The notes beneath the pieces are model-generated. The model was not told the origin of the DNA and did not search any database. It was given only the letters and a program-made list of their open reading frames with translations. From positions 227,738 through 291,737 of the forward strand of contig CASDYC010000001.1 of the NCBI GenBank assembly GCA_949285665.1: a stretch of DNA of 64,000 nucleotides, given 5' to 3'. Source of the stretch: an uncultured bacterium (GTDB lineage: Bacteria > Bacillota_I > Bacilli_A > RFN20 > CAG-826). The position numbers and the translations under genes were made by a program. Within the stretch, counting starts at the first letter, position 1. Each line of letters begins with the position of its first letter. Positions 31,145 to 40,936 of this stretch are shown piece after piece.

Positions 31145-32629
31145 TTATTTTTTATCTTCGTTATTATCCCAGTTTTCAAAATCAATTACTGACACTTTCC
31201 CATCTTTATGATCACTTATTACTTTTGTGTTAATCTTTTCATAATATTCTAATTGATCAATAACTTCTTTTGAAAATCTTTCACCAGGAATAATAATTGG
31301 AATTCCTGGAGGATAAATCATAATCATTTCTTTTGAAACTTCATTTAATGCATCTTTATAATTTACAACTTTTAAAGGAGCGTGAAATGCCGTTCTTGGT
31401 CTACAATATGAAGTTGGAAAAGACTTAAAATAATGATGATCTTCATATTTTATATTTTCGTCATAATATTTACTTGATATGGATTTTAAAGCTTTAATTA
31501 ATTTAATAATATCTTTTTTTGTTGTTCCAATTGATAAAATACACAAAAATAAATATGTTTCAGCTAATTCAATTTGAATTTTATATTTATCTTTTAATAT
31601 ATTATAAATATCAAAACCATTTAATTTTAATTTATCAATTTCAATAACTAATTTTGTTTCATCAAAATCATACGCACCATTTTTTAAAAAATGTTCTCTA
31701 GCTCGAACTTTAAAACCTTTAATTTTTGATATCTCACTTTGAGCAAATTTTGCAATATCTAATATTTTATCTAATATTTTTTTGCCATTAAAAAACATAA
31801 ATTTTCTAGCTGCATCAAGTGATGCGATTAGAGTATTATTTGGTGAAGTTGTTGTAATTAAATTGACAGATTTTGATACCATATAATCTGTTATATTGTC
31901 ATTATTAATTAATAAAACCGAAGATTGAGTTAAACTACCACCACTTTTATGAACTGATAATGTTGACATATCTGCTCCAGCTTTTATAGCACTAATTGGC
32001 ATTTTATCATTAAAATAAAAATGAGTTCCATGAGCTTCATCAACTAATACTAACATATTTTTTGAATGAGCGTATTTAACAATTTTTTCAAGATCACAAG
32101 TTGCACCAAAATATGTTGGATTAATTATAAAAATTGCTTTAGCATCAAGATTTTCATCAATTGTTTTTTTCCAATTTTCAAAACTTATTTGATTTACAAT
32201 TTCGGTACATAAATCAATTTCAGGCATTATAAAAACTGGCGAGGCGCCACTTAAAACTAGGCCGTTTATAACTGATTTATGAACATTTCTTGGCAAAATT
32301 ATTTTATCATCTGCTTTTAAACAACTTAAAAGCATAATTAAGATACCACTTGTTGAACCATTTACTAAAAATCTAGCTCTTTTTGCTCCAGTAAAATCAG
32401 CCCACAAGTCTTGTGCTTCTTTTATTACACTTGTTGGATTCATATAGTTATCAAGACCTCTTGGAGCATTAACATCATATTTATAAATCCTTGAAGTATA
32501 TAATTTTGAAAGTTCTGTATGGAGTGGTTTTTGATGATGACCAGGAACATCAAATCCAGTGTATTTTCCTTTTAAATATTTTTTTAAAGCGTCAACATAT
32601 GGTGTTTTTTCTTGTTCACTTTTTTTCAT
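31145..32629 (-). CDS. PLP-dependent Orn/Lys/Arg decarboxylase (fold type I)
   Basis: PLP-lysine motif SVHKSGGSLTQSS, about 494 aa, and the C-terminal decarboxylase domain. Confidence 0.85.
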   Translation of the reverse strand: MKKSEQEKTPYVDALKKYLKGKYTGFDVPGHHQKPLHTELSKLYTSRIYKYDVNAPRGLDNYMNPTSVIKEAQDLWADFTGAKRARFLVNGSTSGILIMLLSCLKADDKIILPRNVHKSVINGLVLSGASPVFIMPEIDLCTEIVNQISFENWKKTIDENLDAKAIFIINPTYFGATCDLEKIVKYAHSKNMLVLVDEAHGTHFYFNDKMPISAIKAGADMSTLSVHKSGGSLTQSSVLLINNDNITDYMVSKSVNLITTTSPNNTLIASLDAARKFMFFNGKKILDKILDIAKFAQSEISKIKGFKVRAREHFLKNGAYDFDETKLVIEIDKLKLNGFDIYNILKDKYKIQIELAETYLFLCILSIGTTKKDIIKLIKALKSISSKYYDENIKYEDHHYFKSFPTSYCRPRTAFHAPLKVVNYKDALNEVSKEMIMIYPPGIPIIIPGERFSKEVIDQLEYYEKINTKVISDHKDGKVSVIDFENWDNNEDKK

Positions 32630-32685
32630 AACAAAATAATAATAATATCATTTTTAAAAAAAACAATATTATAATTTATATATCT

Positions 32686-33135
32686 ATGAAAATTTTATTA
32701 ATATCCGATGTTCACGGTGACTATAATGCGTTAAAAGATGTATATAATCAAAATTTAAATTGTGATTATTATTTTCTTTTAGGGGATTCAATGCTTCCTA
32801 AATATTTAACAAGTGATTTTTTAACTGTTATAGGAAATTGTGACTTTGAAGACTATAAAGAATCATATGATTTAGTTATTGAAAACTTTAAAATACACAT
32901 ACAACACGGCCACAAAATATATCCAAGTCTTGAAAATTATGTGAAAAATATTGATTGTGATATATTTATTTTTGGACATCTTCATAAAAAAATATACAAA
33001 AAATTAGATAAAAAAATAATCATTAATCCTGGAAGTTTGACAAAACCAAGAGACTCCAATGTTGGAAGTTATGCTTTACTAATTATTGAAAAAAATAATA
33101 TAAAAGTTGAATTTAAAAATTATTTATTTTATTAA
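32686..33135 (+). CDS. YfcE/MJ0936-family metallophosphoesterase (second paralog)
   Basis: Motifs SDVHGD, GDSM, GNCD, QHGH and FGHLH. Confidence 0.75.
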   Translation: MKILLISDVHGDYNALKDVYNQNLNCDYYFLLGDSMLPKYLTSDFLTVIGNCDFEDYKESYDLVIENFKIHIQHGHKIYPSLENYVKNIDCDIFIFGHLHKKIYKKLDKKIIINPGSLTKPRDSNVGSYALLIIEKNNIKVEFKNYLFY

Positions 33136-33180
33136 TTTTTTAATGTAAATAACATTAAAAATTTGCTAGAATAATTAAGT

Positions 33181-34059
33181 ATGAAAAAGATAGTTATTAT
33201 AACAGATGACAATTCTGGATTTACACCAGAAGAAAGTAAAGAATTAGGCATTTATCTAGTAAGAATGCCTGTTTTAATTGACGGAGAAACTTATTATGAG
33301 CATGAAAATCTTACAACAGAAGATTTTTATAAATTTTTAGCTCAAAATAAAGATATTAAAACAAGTCAACCAAGCCCAGGCAACATTTTAAAATTATGGG
33401 GTGATCTTTTAGTCAATAACGACCAAATCATTCACATGCCAATGTCTAGTGGTTTAAGTGAGTCTTGTAATACTGCAAAAGTTTTAGCAAACGATGAAAA
33501 ATATAAAGATAAAGTTTTTGTAGTTGACAATCATAGAATTAGTATTACTTTAAAAAGAGCTGTGTTTGATGCACTTAACTTAATTAAAGATGGAAAAGAT
33601 GCAAAAGAAATTAAAGAAATTTTAGAAAAAAGAAAGCTAAATAGCTCTATTTATATTATGGTTGATACTCTTAAATATCTTAAAAAAGGTGGAAGAGTAA
33701 CTGCTGCTGGTGCCGCACTTGGTGCAACATTCCATATTAAACCAGTTCTTCAAATTGAAGGTGGAAAACTTGATGCCAAATCAAAAGAAATTGGCGTTAA
33801 AAAAGCAAAAATTGCAATGATTAAATTTATCAAAGAAGACTTAGAAAAACGTTTCCAAGAAAAAAATGGAATTAAAAAAGTTGAATATGGCATTGCTTAT
33901 ACTTATAACAGAGATGCAGCACTTGAATTTGCAAATGATGTTATAAAAGCTTTTGATAATAAAATTAAAATAACTTTGATTGATCCATTAAGCTTATCCG
34001 TCGCAGCTCACATTGGTCCAGGCGCCATTGCAATTGCAATTTCTGAAATTATTGAATAA
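33181..34059 (+). CDS. DegV-family fatty-acid-binding protein
   Basis: IVIITDDNSGF, TSQPSPG and LKKGGRV DegV signatures. Confidence 0.9.
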   Translation: MKKIVIITDDNSGFTPEESKELGIYLVRMPVLIDGETYYEHENLTTEDFYKFLAQNKDIKTSQPSPGNILKLWGDLLVNNDQIIHMPMSSGLSESCNTAKVLANDEKYKDKVFVVDNHRISITLKRAVFDALNLIKDGKDAKEIKEILEKRKLNSSIYIMVDTLKYLKKGGRVTAAGAALGATFHIKPVLQIEGGKLDAKSKEIGVKKAKIAMIKFIKEDLEKRFQEKNGIKKVEYGIAYTYNRDAALEFANDVIKAFDNKIKITLIDPLSLSVAAHIGPGAIAIAISEIIE

Positions 34060-34074
34060 ACTTAAAATATTTTA

Positions 34075-34554
34075 ATGAAGTTAAATAAATTATATTTTTT
34101 ACTACCTTTATTTATATTAACAAGTTGTAATAATAGAGAACTTAATTTAAATTACGAAGATTTTAATAAAATAACACCAGTAGAATTCTTCACCCAAAGT
34201 GAAGAAAACTATGGTGTTTATTTTTATAATGAAACTTGTAATGAATGTGAAAAAATTAAGGATAATATGTTAAATTTTGCAAATAACATTAAAAATTCTA
34301 CTACTTCACTAGAAAATATTTATTTTCTTGAAGCAACAATCGCAAACTTAAATCAAATGAGTTATTACTTTGAAGTTTATCAAGATAAAAATCCAAGTAA
34401 AGAAAACTATAATAAAGTAACTATTGGGGTTGATAACTTAAATGATTTTACTTATTATGGTTATCCAACTTTATATATATTAAATAAAAATGCTATTAGC
34501 AGTGTTTATTTAGGTGCTAATAGCATTTTGCAATATATTAATTTAAATTCTTAA
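34075..34554 (+). CDS. Lipoprotein with a thioredoxin-like CxxC motif
   Basis: Lipobox LFILTSC, a CNEC motif in a Trx-like context (VYFYNETCNECEKIK) and ...GYPTLYIL. Confidence 0.45.
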   Translation: MKLNKLYFLLPLFILTSCNNRELNLNYEDFNKITPVEFFTQSEENYGVYFYNETCNECEKIKDNMLNFANNIKNSTTSLENIYFLEATIANLNQMSYYFEVYQDKNPSKENYNKVTIGVDNLNDFTYYGYPTLYILNKNAISSVYLGANSILQYINLNS

Positions 34555-34564
34555 TAATAAAAAA

Positions 34565-35911
34565 TTAAGCTAGAGTTCCCATTGGATCCCAAGGATCAAG
34601 TTCAATTGGTTCTTCTTTTAAGGCTTCAAGTTCTTTTTCGTTTAAATATTTTTTAAGAATAACTGCTTGATAAACAAATGAATCAAAGAAACTATCAGAC
34701 ATAATATAATAGCCATCAAAGCCATTATCGGCACCCCACGAATTTTCAATTTTCCATTTTGTTGGTTTTCCATCAACTAAATTAACTCCGGTTATTACCA
34801 TAGCATGTCCCATTGCTGAAATAAAATAATCAAGCATATCAGATTTATTTGTTTTTAAATCTAAATTAAATGTTGAAAGATAATCAAAGGCATTATCATC
34901 CCAAATACCTCTTTGTCTATCTCTATAAAATGCAACATCACTTCCAAACCAAACTGGTTCTCCATTTTTTAATTGAGAAACAATTAATTCTTTTAATCGT
35001 TTCATTTCAAGATTTAAGTGAGTTACTTTTTTACCTTCAATGACATTACCTAAATATTTAACGGTAAATGTTTTATTAAACATTTTATCTTTTGTTGGTG
35101 CATTTGTAACTGATTGATATTCATCAATTTTTCTTCCAATAAATTTATTAAAGAATTCAATAGGTGTTAAATTTCTTTCAAGATGATAATTTTCATCTTT
35201 ATCAACGTATTCTAAATCAAATTTTTCTGGTGGTACACCAAAACAATTTGATAATAAATTATAAGATAATTGTAAAATTCTTTCTTTTTCTTTTTTAATA
35301 TCTTCAAGTTTATTTTCTTTATATAATTTTGAAACTTTTGCAGCAAATTGACGAATAGTTGCATTAATTAGCATATCACTTTCTCTTGTTGAACTTGATT
35401 GAAAAGTTTCAACCATAGCTGATTTTGGAACAATACCATATTTTTTAATAAGATTTGCAAACATATCCCATTGACCACCATCACCGATGCCACTTTTTAA
35501 AATATGCATTAAAACACGATCATCATGTGGTTTGTCTGCTAATTCCATGATAACAGATAAAGTATAATTGATTTTTTCTAATTTATCAAAAAAAGCAACA
35601 TAGTTTTGAGACAATTCAAAGAATTCAACATTTAATTCTTTACCAATTATTTCTCTTAAAATATTTAAACCAGCAAAAATCCAACATCTTCCAGATTCTT
35701 TTTGATTACAAACTTTCATTGTTTTTAAATCAATTGAAAATTTGTTATCAATATCTTTTTCTGATTCTTGAACATAAATAATATTACTTAATGCTGTTTT
35801 ATTTAATGCATGACGAATAATTACATTTTTTTCATCTAAATTATATTTTTCTTTTATATTATTTAAGTTTTTTAAACTTAAATATTCATTTTCCATTTTA
35901 AATTCACTCAT
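34565..35911 (-). CDS. pepC: Aminopeptidase C (bleomycin hydrolase, peptidase C1B)
   Basis: Catalytic QKESGRCWIFA, GHAMVITG and ENSWG motifs. I prefer the ATG at 35911, after a GGAGG RBS. Confidence 0.9.
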   Translation of the reverse strand: MSEFKMENEYLSLKNLNNIKEKYNLDEKNVIIRHALNKTALSNIIYVQESEKDIDNKFSIDLKTMKVCNQKESGRCWIFAGLNILREIIGKELNVEFFELSQNYVAFFDKLEKINYTLSVIMELADKPHDDRVLMHILKSGIGDGGQWDMFANLIKKYGIVPKSAMVETFQSSSTRESDMLINATIRQFAAKVSKLYKENKLEDIKKEKERILQLSYNLLSNCFGVPPEKFDLEYVDKDENYHLERNLTPIEFFNKFIGRKIDEYQSVTNAPTKDKMFNKTFTVKYLGNVIEGKKVTHLNLEMKRLKELIVSQLKNGEPVWFGSDVAFYRDRQRGIWDDNAFDYLSTFNLDLKTNKSDMLDYFISAMGHAMVITGVNLVDGKPTKWKIENSWGADNGFDGYYIMSDSFFDSFVYQAVILKKYLNEKELEALKEEPIELDPWDPMGTLA

Positions 35912-36042
35912 AAAATAAACCTCCAAGACTATATTTTAATAAAAACCTAAAAAAAATAAAGTAATATGATTAATTTAATGCTTTTTTGTTTAAATAATGA
36001 TTAAAACGTTAGATAATATTTATGCATGGAGGAAATTAAATT

Positions 36043-36201
36043 ATGAAATATGTTTGCGTTTTATGCGGTTATGTTTATGATGAAGAATTAGGAGATCCAG
36101 AAAACGGAATTGCTCCTGGAACAAAGTTTGAAGATTTACCAGATACATTTGTTTGCCCACTTTGTGGAGCTGGCAAAGAAAATTTTGAAAAGCAAGAATA
36201 A
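36043..36201 (+). CDS. rd: Rubredoxin (52 aa, below the ORF-track size cut-off)
   Basis: Translation [52 protein letters not shown] carries the two CxxCG knuckles. A GGAGG RBS lies 8 nt upstream and a terminator follows. Confidence 0.9.
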   Translation: MKYVCVLCGYVYDEELGDPENGIAPGTKFEDLPDTFVCPLCGAGKENFEKQE

Positions 36202-36223
36202 AATAACAAAATAACAATAAAAA

Positions 36224-36257
36224 AAGTTAATTCTCGATTTGAATTAACTTTTTTTAT
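36224..36257. terminator. Bidirectional terminator between rubredoxin and the M6-like lipoprotein gene
   Basis: 10-bp stem aagttaattc / gaattaactt with a 7-nt loop, flanked by A-runs upstream and T-runs downstream. Confidence 0.7.
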
Positions 36258-36279
36258 TTTTGTTTAAATTAATTTTATT

Positions 36280-38511
36280 TTAATCTAGTAAAGAAATATT
36301 TAATTCAACTTCATCTTCGCTCATTGAACTTATTTCAATATTATAATTAAATTCATAACCATTATGGAATAAACCGTTTTTAAAGAAATTACTAGCGGTA
36401 TTTTTATTAATATTATCGCCTTCTTTCCAAAGAACTTCATTTCCTTCAACATAACCAGATAATAAAGATTTATTATTTCTAGTGATTGTTTCTATTTCAT
36501 AATTTGTTATTTTTCTTCCAAAATATTCATTATAAATATTTGAATTTGAGTTCAAATGGAATGCAATTTCGTAAACATTTTCTTCACCTTCGACTTTGTT
36601 ATAAAGTAATTCATCGCTATTATTTACATCAAAATATTGTGGATTAGTGTAATCAAATCCAAAAGATCCATTGGTAATATCAATATTTACAATAAATAAT
36701 CTTGCATCAATGTGATAAACTCTTAGGCCATAGTTATTAAATTTTCTTCCATAACCTGGAACTCCTTGAATAGCATCATTATATTCAAGATTTTCTGGAG
36801 TATAAAATTCAATCATTAAATATTCATCATATGGTGAATTTGAAAATTCATCACTAGCTGGAATAATTAAAGCATCGCCAGTTTCATTAGATGGTTTTAA
36901 AGTAACACTTCCTTCACCGGTAAATACATATGGTTCAATCCAATTTAATAAATATTTTGAATAAACATTATGATCACCTAATGTATAACTCATCATGTCG
37001 CAAGCTCCTAGCGGACTAACATAATCATTATTATAATAATCATTTAATCCTAAAATATGGCCGGTTTCATGAATTAAAGTATGAGCATCTAAATATCCAT
37101 TTTCAGTCATAAATGAAAATGCACAATTTGCATAATCATTAAAGACTGGATCATCTTTATTTGCTTCAACAAAATTAACACTTTTAAAAGCCCATAGAGG
37201 TACTTGATTTGTATAGATTTGATCAAAGACATTATAAATTAACCAAACTGCATCAACATAACCATCTTCGTCTAAATCAAAATCTTTAAAATCAACTGAT
37301 GTATTATTAATTGTTAAATTTTCATGAATTTCACTTAAAAGTAAACTAGAACCAACGCCCATTTCAAAACTCATAAATTCAGAAAATTTCATTTCTGGTT
37401 CATAAATATCAGAAAAAACAAAATCTAAATTTAATTTTCCAAAAGATGATTTTTCATAATAACTTCTTAAAGATTCCCAATTTAAATCACCTGTATCAGC
37501 ATCGCTAGTAAAAGCTTGTTGCATTAAATCTAAATAATAATCAGAATATGGACTTGTTTCATAACCATAATAATATTGTGAATCAAATTGAACTGGTACA
37601 ACTAAAACTTTTTGATCACCAACAGATTTTAAAGAATTAGTATGAGAATATTTATTTACATCATATGAAGAAAATTTAATTTCATCTTCGCTTAATTTAT
37701 ATAAACAACTACAATCAAATTTGTAAGTTAAATTAAAATTAGTATTAACTAAATTAATAGTTATTTGATAAGTTCCAACTTCATCAAAAATGATCTTATT
37801 ATTGACAATTTCATAGCTATCTTTATCAACGCTAACACTAATTTTTCTAGATGATGTATTTAATGGAGAAATTTCATATAAACTAGTTAAATCAAACGCT
37901 TTGGCATTTGAAAATTCAATAACATCATCATTAATTATTTTAGTAAAACTTGTAGCATTAACTAAATTGTCTTTTGATAAATTCAAGAATATCGCATCTA
38001 ATTTAAAATCATTATCAGATAAATTTTTAATTGATAAATTATCAGTATAAGCTAAAAAATCAAAATCAAAACTAGTTGAACCACCATTTGAATCAATTTG
38101 TTTTTCATATGAAATTCCATCATAACTTACTTCAATGTTTGAAGTTTTACCAATATCTTGTGTGTATCCACTTAAAATTACACTACTAATTTTGTATTGT
38201 TTAGTTAAAGATAATACTAATTCTCCATTTTTATTTAATGAGATTTCATTATTTGAAACATTTAATTTGTTTGCATTTAAAATCTTAACTTCTAATCCAT
38301 CACTAGTAGATAAATTGTTATCATCAATTCCGTTTTCATTTTCACCATTTACACTAATTGTAAATTGATTTGTTAAATTATCTTCACTTGTTGTTGTAGT
38401 TGTTGTATTTTGATTTGAAGTTGTAGATTGACTTGTTGAGTCATTATTACAAGAAACAAGTGAAAATAAGCTAATAAGAAATAAATAAGCAAGAATCTTT
38501 TTCTTTTTCAT
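36280..38511 (-). CDS. Surface lipoprotein, M6 (immune inhibitor A-like) zinc metalloprotease domain
   Basis: Lipobox LFSLVSC, then a Thr/Asn-rich linker. HExxH in M6-like context: AHTLIHETGHILGLNDYYN. 743 aa. Confidence 0.65.
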   Translation of the reverse strand: MKKKKILAYLFLISLFSLVSCNNDSTSQSTTSNQNTTTTTTSEDNLTNQFTISVNGENENGIDDNNLSTSDGLEVKILNANKLNVSNNEISLNKNGELVLSLTKQYKISSVILSGYTQDIGKTSNIEVSYDGISYEKQIDSNGGSTSFDFDFLAYTDNLSIKNLSDNDFKLDAIFLNLSKDNLVNATSFTKIINDDVIEFSNAKAFDLTSLYEISPLNTSSRKISVSVDKDSYEIVNNKIIFDEVGTYQITINLVNTNFNLTYKFDCSCLYKLSEDEIKFSSYDVNKYSHTNSLKSVGDQKVLVVPVQFDSQYYYGYETSPYSDYYLDLMQQAFTSDADTGDLNWESLRSYYEKSSFGKLNLDFVFSDIYEPEMKFSEFMSFEMGVGSSLLLSEIHENLTINNTSVDFKDFDLDEDGYVDAVWLIYNVFDQIYTNQVPLWAFKSVNFVEANKDDPVFNDYANCAFSFMTENGYLDAHTLIHETGHILGLNDYYNNDYVSPLGACDMMSYTLGDHNVYSKYLLNWIEPYVFTGEGSVTLKPSNETGDALIIPASDEFSNSPYDEYLMIEFYTPENLEYNDAIQGVPGYGRKFNNYGLRVYHIDARLFIVNIDITNGSFGFDYTNPQYFDVNNSDELLYNKVEGEENVYEIAFHLNSNSNIYNEYFGRKITNYEIETITRNNKSLLSGYVEGNEVLWKEGDNINKNTASNFFKNGLFHNGYEFNYNIEISSMSEDEVELNISLLD

Positions 38512-38534
38512 ATACGCCCTCCCAATTTATTTTT

Positions 38535-39539
38535 TTAATATTTTTGTAATAAATCCTTCATAAATGTATCATTTAAATAGAAGTATTCCATATAAATTGC
38601 AGTTACCAATTGATATTCATCCTTTAATTGGTAAATCATATTATCATTTTTGTTATAGTTTAAGCAATAATCTAATATAACTTTAATTTCATTTGCGGCC
38701 TTTGGATTATTAATAATATTGTTAACTTCTCCTTCAATTTTGTAATCAATATGATCTTTAATTAATTCATATCTAATAAATGGATCACGATAACCATATT
38801 TAATGATATTAATTATATAAAATAATAATATTTTATAAAAATCTCTGCAATTCGTAGATATTTTTAAAAATTCATTATTATATTTATTAATTAAATATGT
38901 AAATAAATAGTCACATTTTTCAAAAACTCTATAATTATTATTAATCAAACTAATTAAATATTCATTCAAATATTTAAATAAATTTGGATATTTAATTTTA
39001 ATTAAATTGTCAGTAAATAATTCTGCATATAAGATTCTATCAAAAGCTTTTTCAAGACTTAATTCAAAATTATGTCTTGTTCCTCCACCTAATTCAGAAA
39101 TATTTGAAACAATTATTACTTTGGCGTTACTTCTAATTAAATTTTGACAATATGAAATTAAAGTATCAAAATCACTAGAAGCATATCTTTCTAAATCATC
39201 CAAAATAACAATTGCGGATGGATTATCATTATTAATTTTTAATGAAAAATCTAAGTTATTTTTATTATTTTCTAAATATAATAATGGATTAATTGCACTT
39301 GGAACTAATGAATCAACAATATGTTTATGATTAATTTCCATAAATAAAGATGTATTTATTTCATCTACGCTTCTTTTTCCAAGCAAAGATAAATAAATAA
39401 CTTTGCATTTATTAAATGACTTCATAAATTCATTTAATAAATAAGTTTTTCCACTACCCCAAGGTCCATCTAATAAAATTAAATTATCACTAGATTTATA
39501 ATAATTCTTTAAATAATTTAATAAATACTCTTTATTCAT
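38535..39539 (-). CDS. KAP-family-like P-loop NTPase (short, soluble)
   Basis: Walker A LLDGPWGSGKTYLLNEF and KAP-type Walker B IVILDDLERY. No TM insert. Its start overlaps the pdxK stop by 8 nt. Confidence 0.6.
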   Translation of the reverse strand: MNKEYLLNYLKNYYKSSDNLILLDGPWGSGKTYLLNEFMKSFNKCKVIYLSLLGKRSVDEINTSLFMEINHKHIVDSLVPSAINPLLYLENNKNNLDFSLKINNDNPSAIVILDDLERYASSDFDTLISYCQNLIRSNAKVIIVSNISELGGGTRHNFELSLEKAFDRILYAELFTDNLIKIKYPNLFKYLNEYLISLINNNYRVFEKCDYLFTYLINKYNNEFLKISTNCRDFYKILLFYIINIIKYGYRDPFIRYELIKDHIDYKIEGEVNNIINNPKAANEIKVILDYCLNYNKNDNMIYQLKDEYQLVTAIYMEYFYLNDTFMKDLLQKY

Positions 39540-40401
39540 TTATAACACCTCTAATATTTTTTAAAAAATTAAATATTTCTTTTTCAAAACTAACACCATA
39601 TTTATAATCTCTATTTTCTTCAACAGTTTTTAATATAGAATTAAAAACAAAATCAATTGAATATTGACAAGATTTATCTAAAGATAAACCATTCATTAAA
39701 CAAGATATTATACTAGAAGATAATAAGTCCCCAGTTCCATGAAAATAGCCATCTATTTTATCCGTTTCTACATAAAAAAATTCATTAATTAATTTGTTAT
39801 ATCCTAATACACCAATTTTTCCTTTTTTTATTTCAACACCGCTTAAAATAACTATATTTATATTATTTGATAATTTAGATAATTTTAAAACAATATTTTT
39901 AAAGTTATCTAAATTCCAATCTTTTTTATCTAAATATGGAATATCAAGTAATAAACAAGCTTCTGTTAAGTTTGGAATAATTACATTAGCTTTTTTAACT
40001 AAAGCAACCATTTTATGAGCATAATTTAAATCAAAAGCTTTATATAATTTCCCGTCATCTGCCATAACTGGATCTACAAAAATAATTGAATTTTTATTTT
40101 TTAATAAGTCTATATAATTAATTACATCTTCAATTTGTTTAATATTTCCTAAATATCCTGTATAAAAGGCATCAATATTTAAATTTAAGGATTTAAAATG
40201 ATTTACAATTTTAAGCATTTCATCACTTAAATCTAAAAATGTATAATTAATAAAACCACCTGTATGAGTTGACAATAATGAGGTTGGCAAAATACTGCAT
40301 TCAATCCCACATGCTGAAATAACAGGTAATACTTCAGTAATTGAACATTTACCAATACAAGATATATCATGAATTGCTAATATTCTTTTCAATTTTTCCA
40401 T
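39532..40401 (-). CDS. pdxK: Pyridoxal/pyridoxine/pyridoxamine kinase (ribokinase superfamily)
   Basis: HDISCIGKCS...VLP start, DPVMADDGKLY and a GTGDLLSS anion hole. Confidence 0.8.
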   Translation of the reverse strand: MEKLKRILAIHDISCIGKCSITEVLPVISACGIECSILPTSLLSTHTGGFINYTFLDLSDEMLKIVNHFKSLNLNIDAFYTGYLGNIKQIEDVINYIDLLKNKNSIIFVDPVMADDGKLYKAFDLNYAHKMVALVKKANVIIPNLTEACLLLDIPYLDKKDWNLDNFKNIVLKLSKLSNNINIVILSGVEIKKGKIGVLGYNKLINEFFYVETDKIDGYFHGTGDLLSSSIISCLMNGLSLDKSCQYSIDFVFNSILKTVEENRDYKYGVSFEKEIFNFLKNIRGVINE

Positions 40402-40484
40402 AACATTAAGCCCCGCTTAATATTATAAACCACTTATAAAAAATAATAATAATTAATGATTAAATTTATAATTAAATAACAAAA

Positions 40485-40915
40485 TTATGATTCATAATTT
40501 GTTCCATAATATCGATTATTAAATGGATCTTTTTCTTTACATAAAACTATATCATCAATACACAATCTTCCCTTATTTCTTTCACCAACGGCCTCAGCAT
40601 AACATTCGAATTTTAGTCCATAAATTCATTCATCAAATAAATAGTGATATCTATTAACACCTTCTTCTTTTACTTTTAATTTAAGGTCAACGTTAATATT
40701 AATTAAATCAAATCATTTATTTTTTAAAATAAATCAATTATGAACAAATAGAAAATATATCGTTATTGTCAACAAATTATTTATTAATTACTACAAAACT
40801 ATAAAACAAAAAAATTAATATTATTTATCACATTTAAAATAACTTCATCAAAATTTAAATTAATATACTCTAATGAAACACCTTTGGAAGAATATAACTT
40901 TTTTCATAAAATCAT
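40485..40915 (-). pseudogene. Gene relic: two adjacent minus-strand reading frames interrupted only by TGA codons
   Basis: The frame at 40485-40787 reads ...LLTITIYFLFVHN*FILKNK*FDLININVDLKLKVKEEGVNRYHYLFDE*IYGLKFECYAEAVGERNKGRLCIDDIVLCKEKDPFNNRYYGTNYES, with TGA at 40734-36, 40713-15 and 40626-28. The frame at 40799-40915 reads MIL*KKLYSSKGVSLEYINLNFDEVILNVINNINFFVL, with TGA at 40904-06. No intact ORF exists in this 535-bp gap. Confidence 0.45.
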
Positions 40916-40936
40916 AAAAATTTATTATTAACAATC

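Noticed and set aside
40405-40419. Small hairpin ttaagc-ccc-gcttaa just upstream of the pdxK start, as a riboswitch or regulatory element.
   Set aside because: The stem is only 6 bp with no flanking conserved structure, which is too little evidence for any RNA element.
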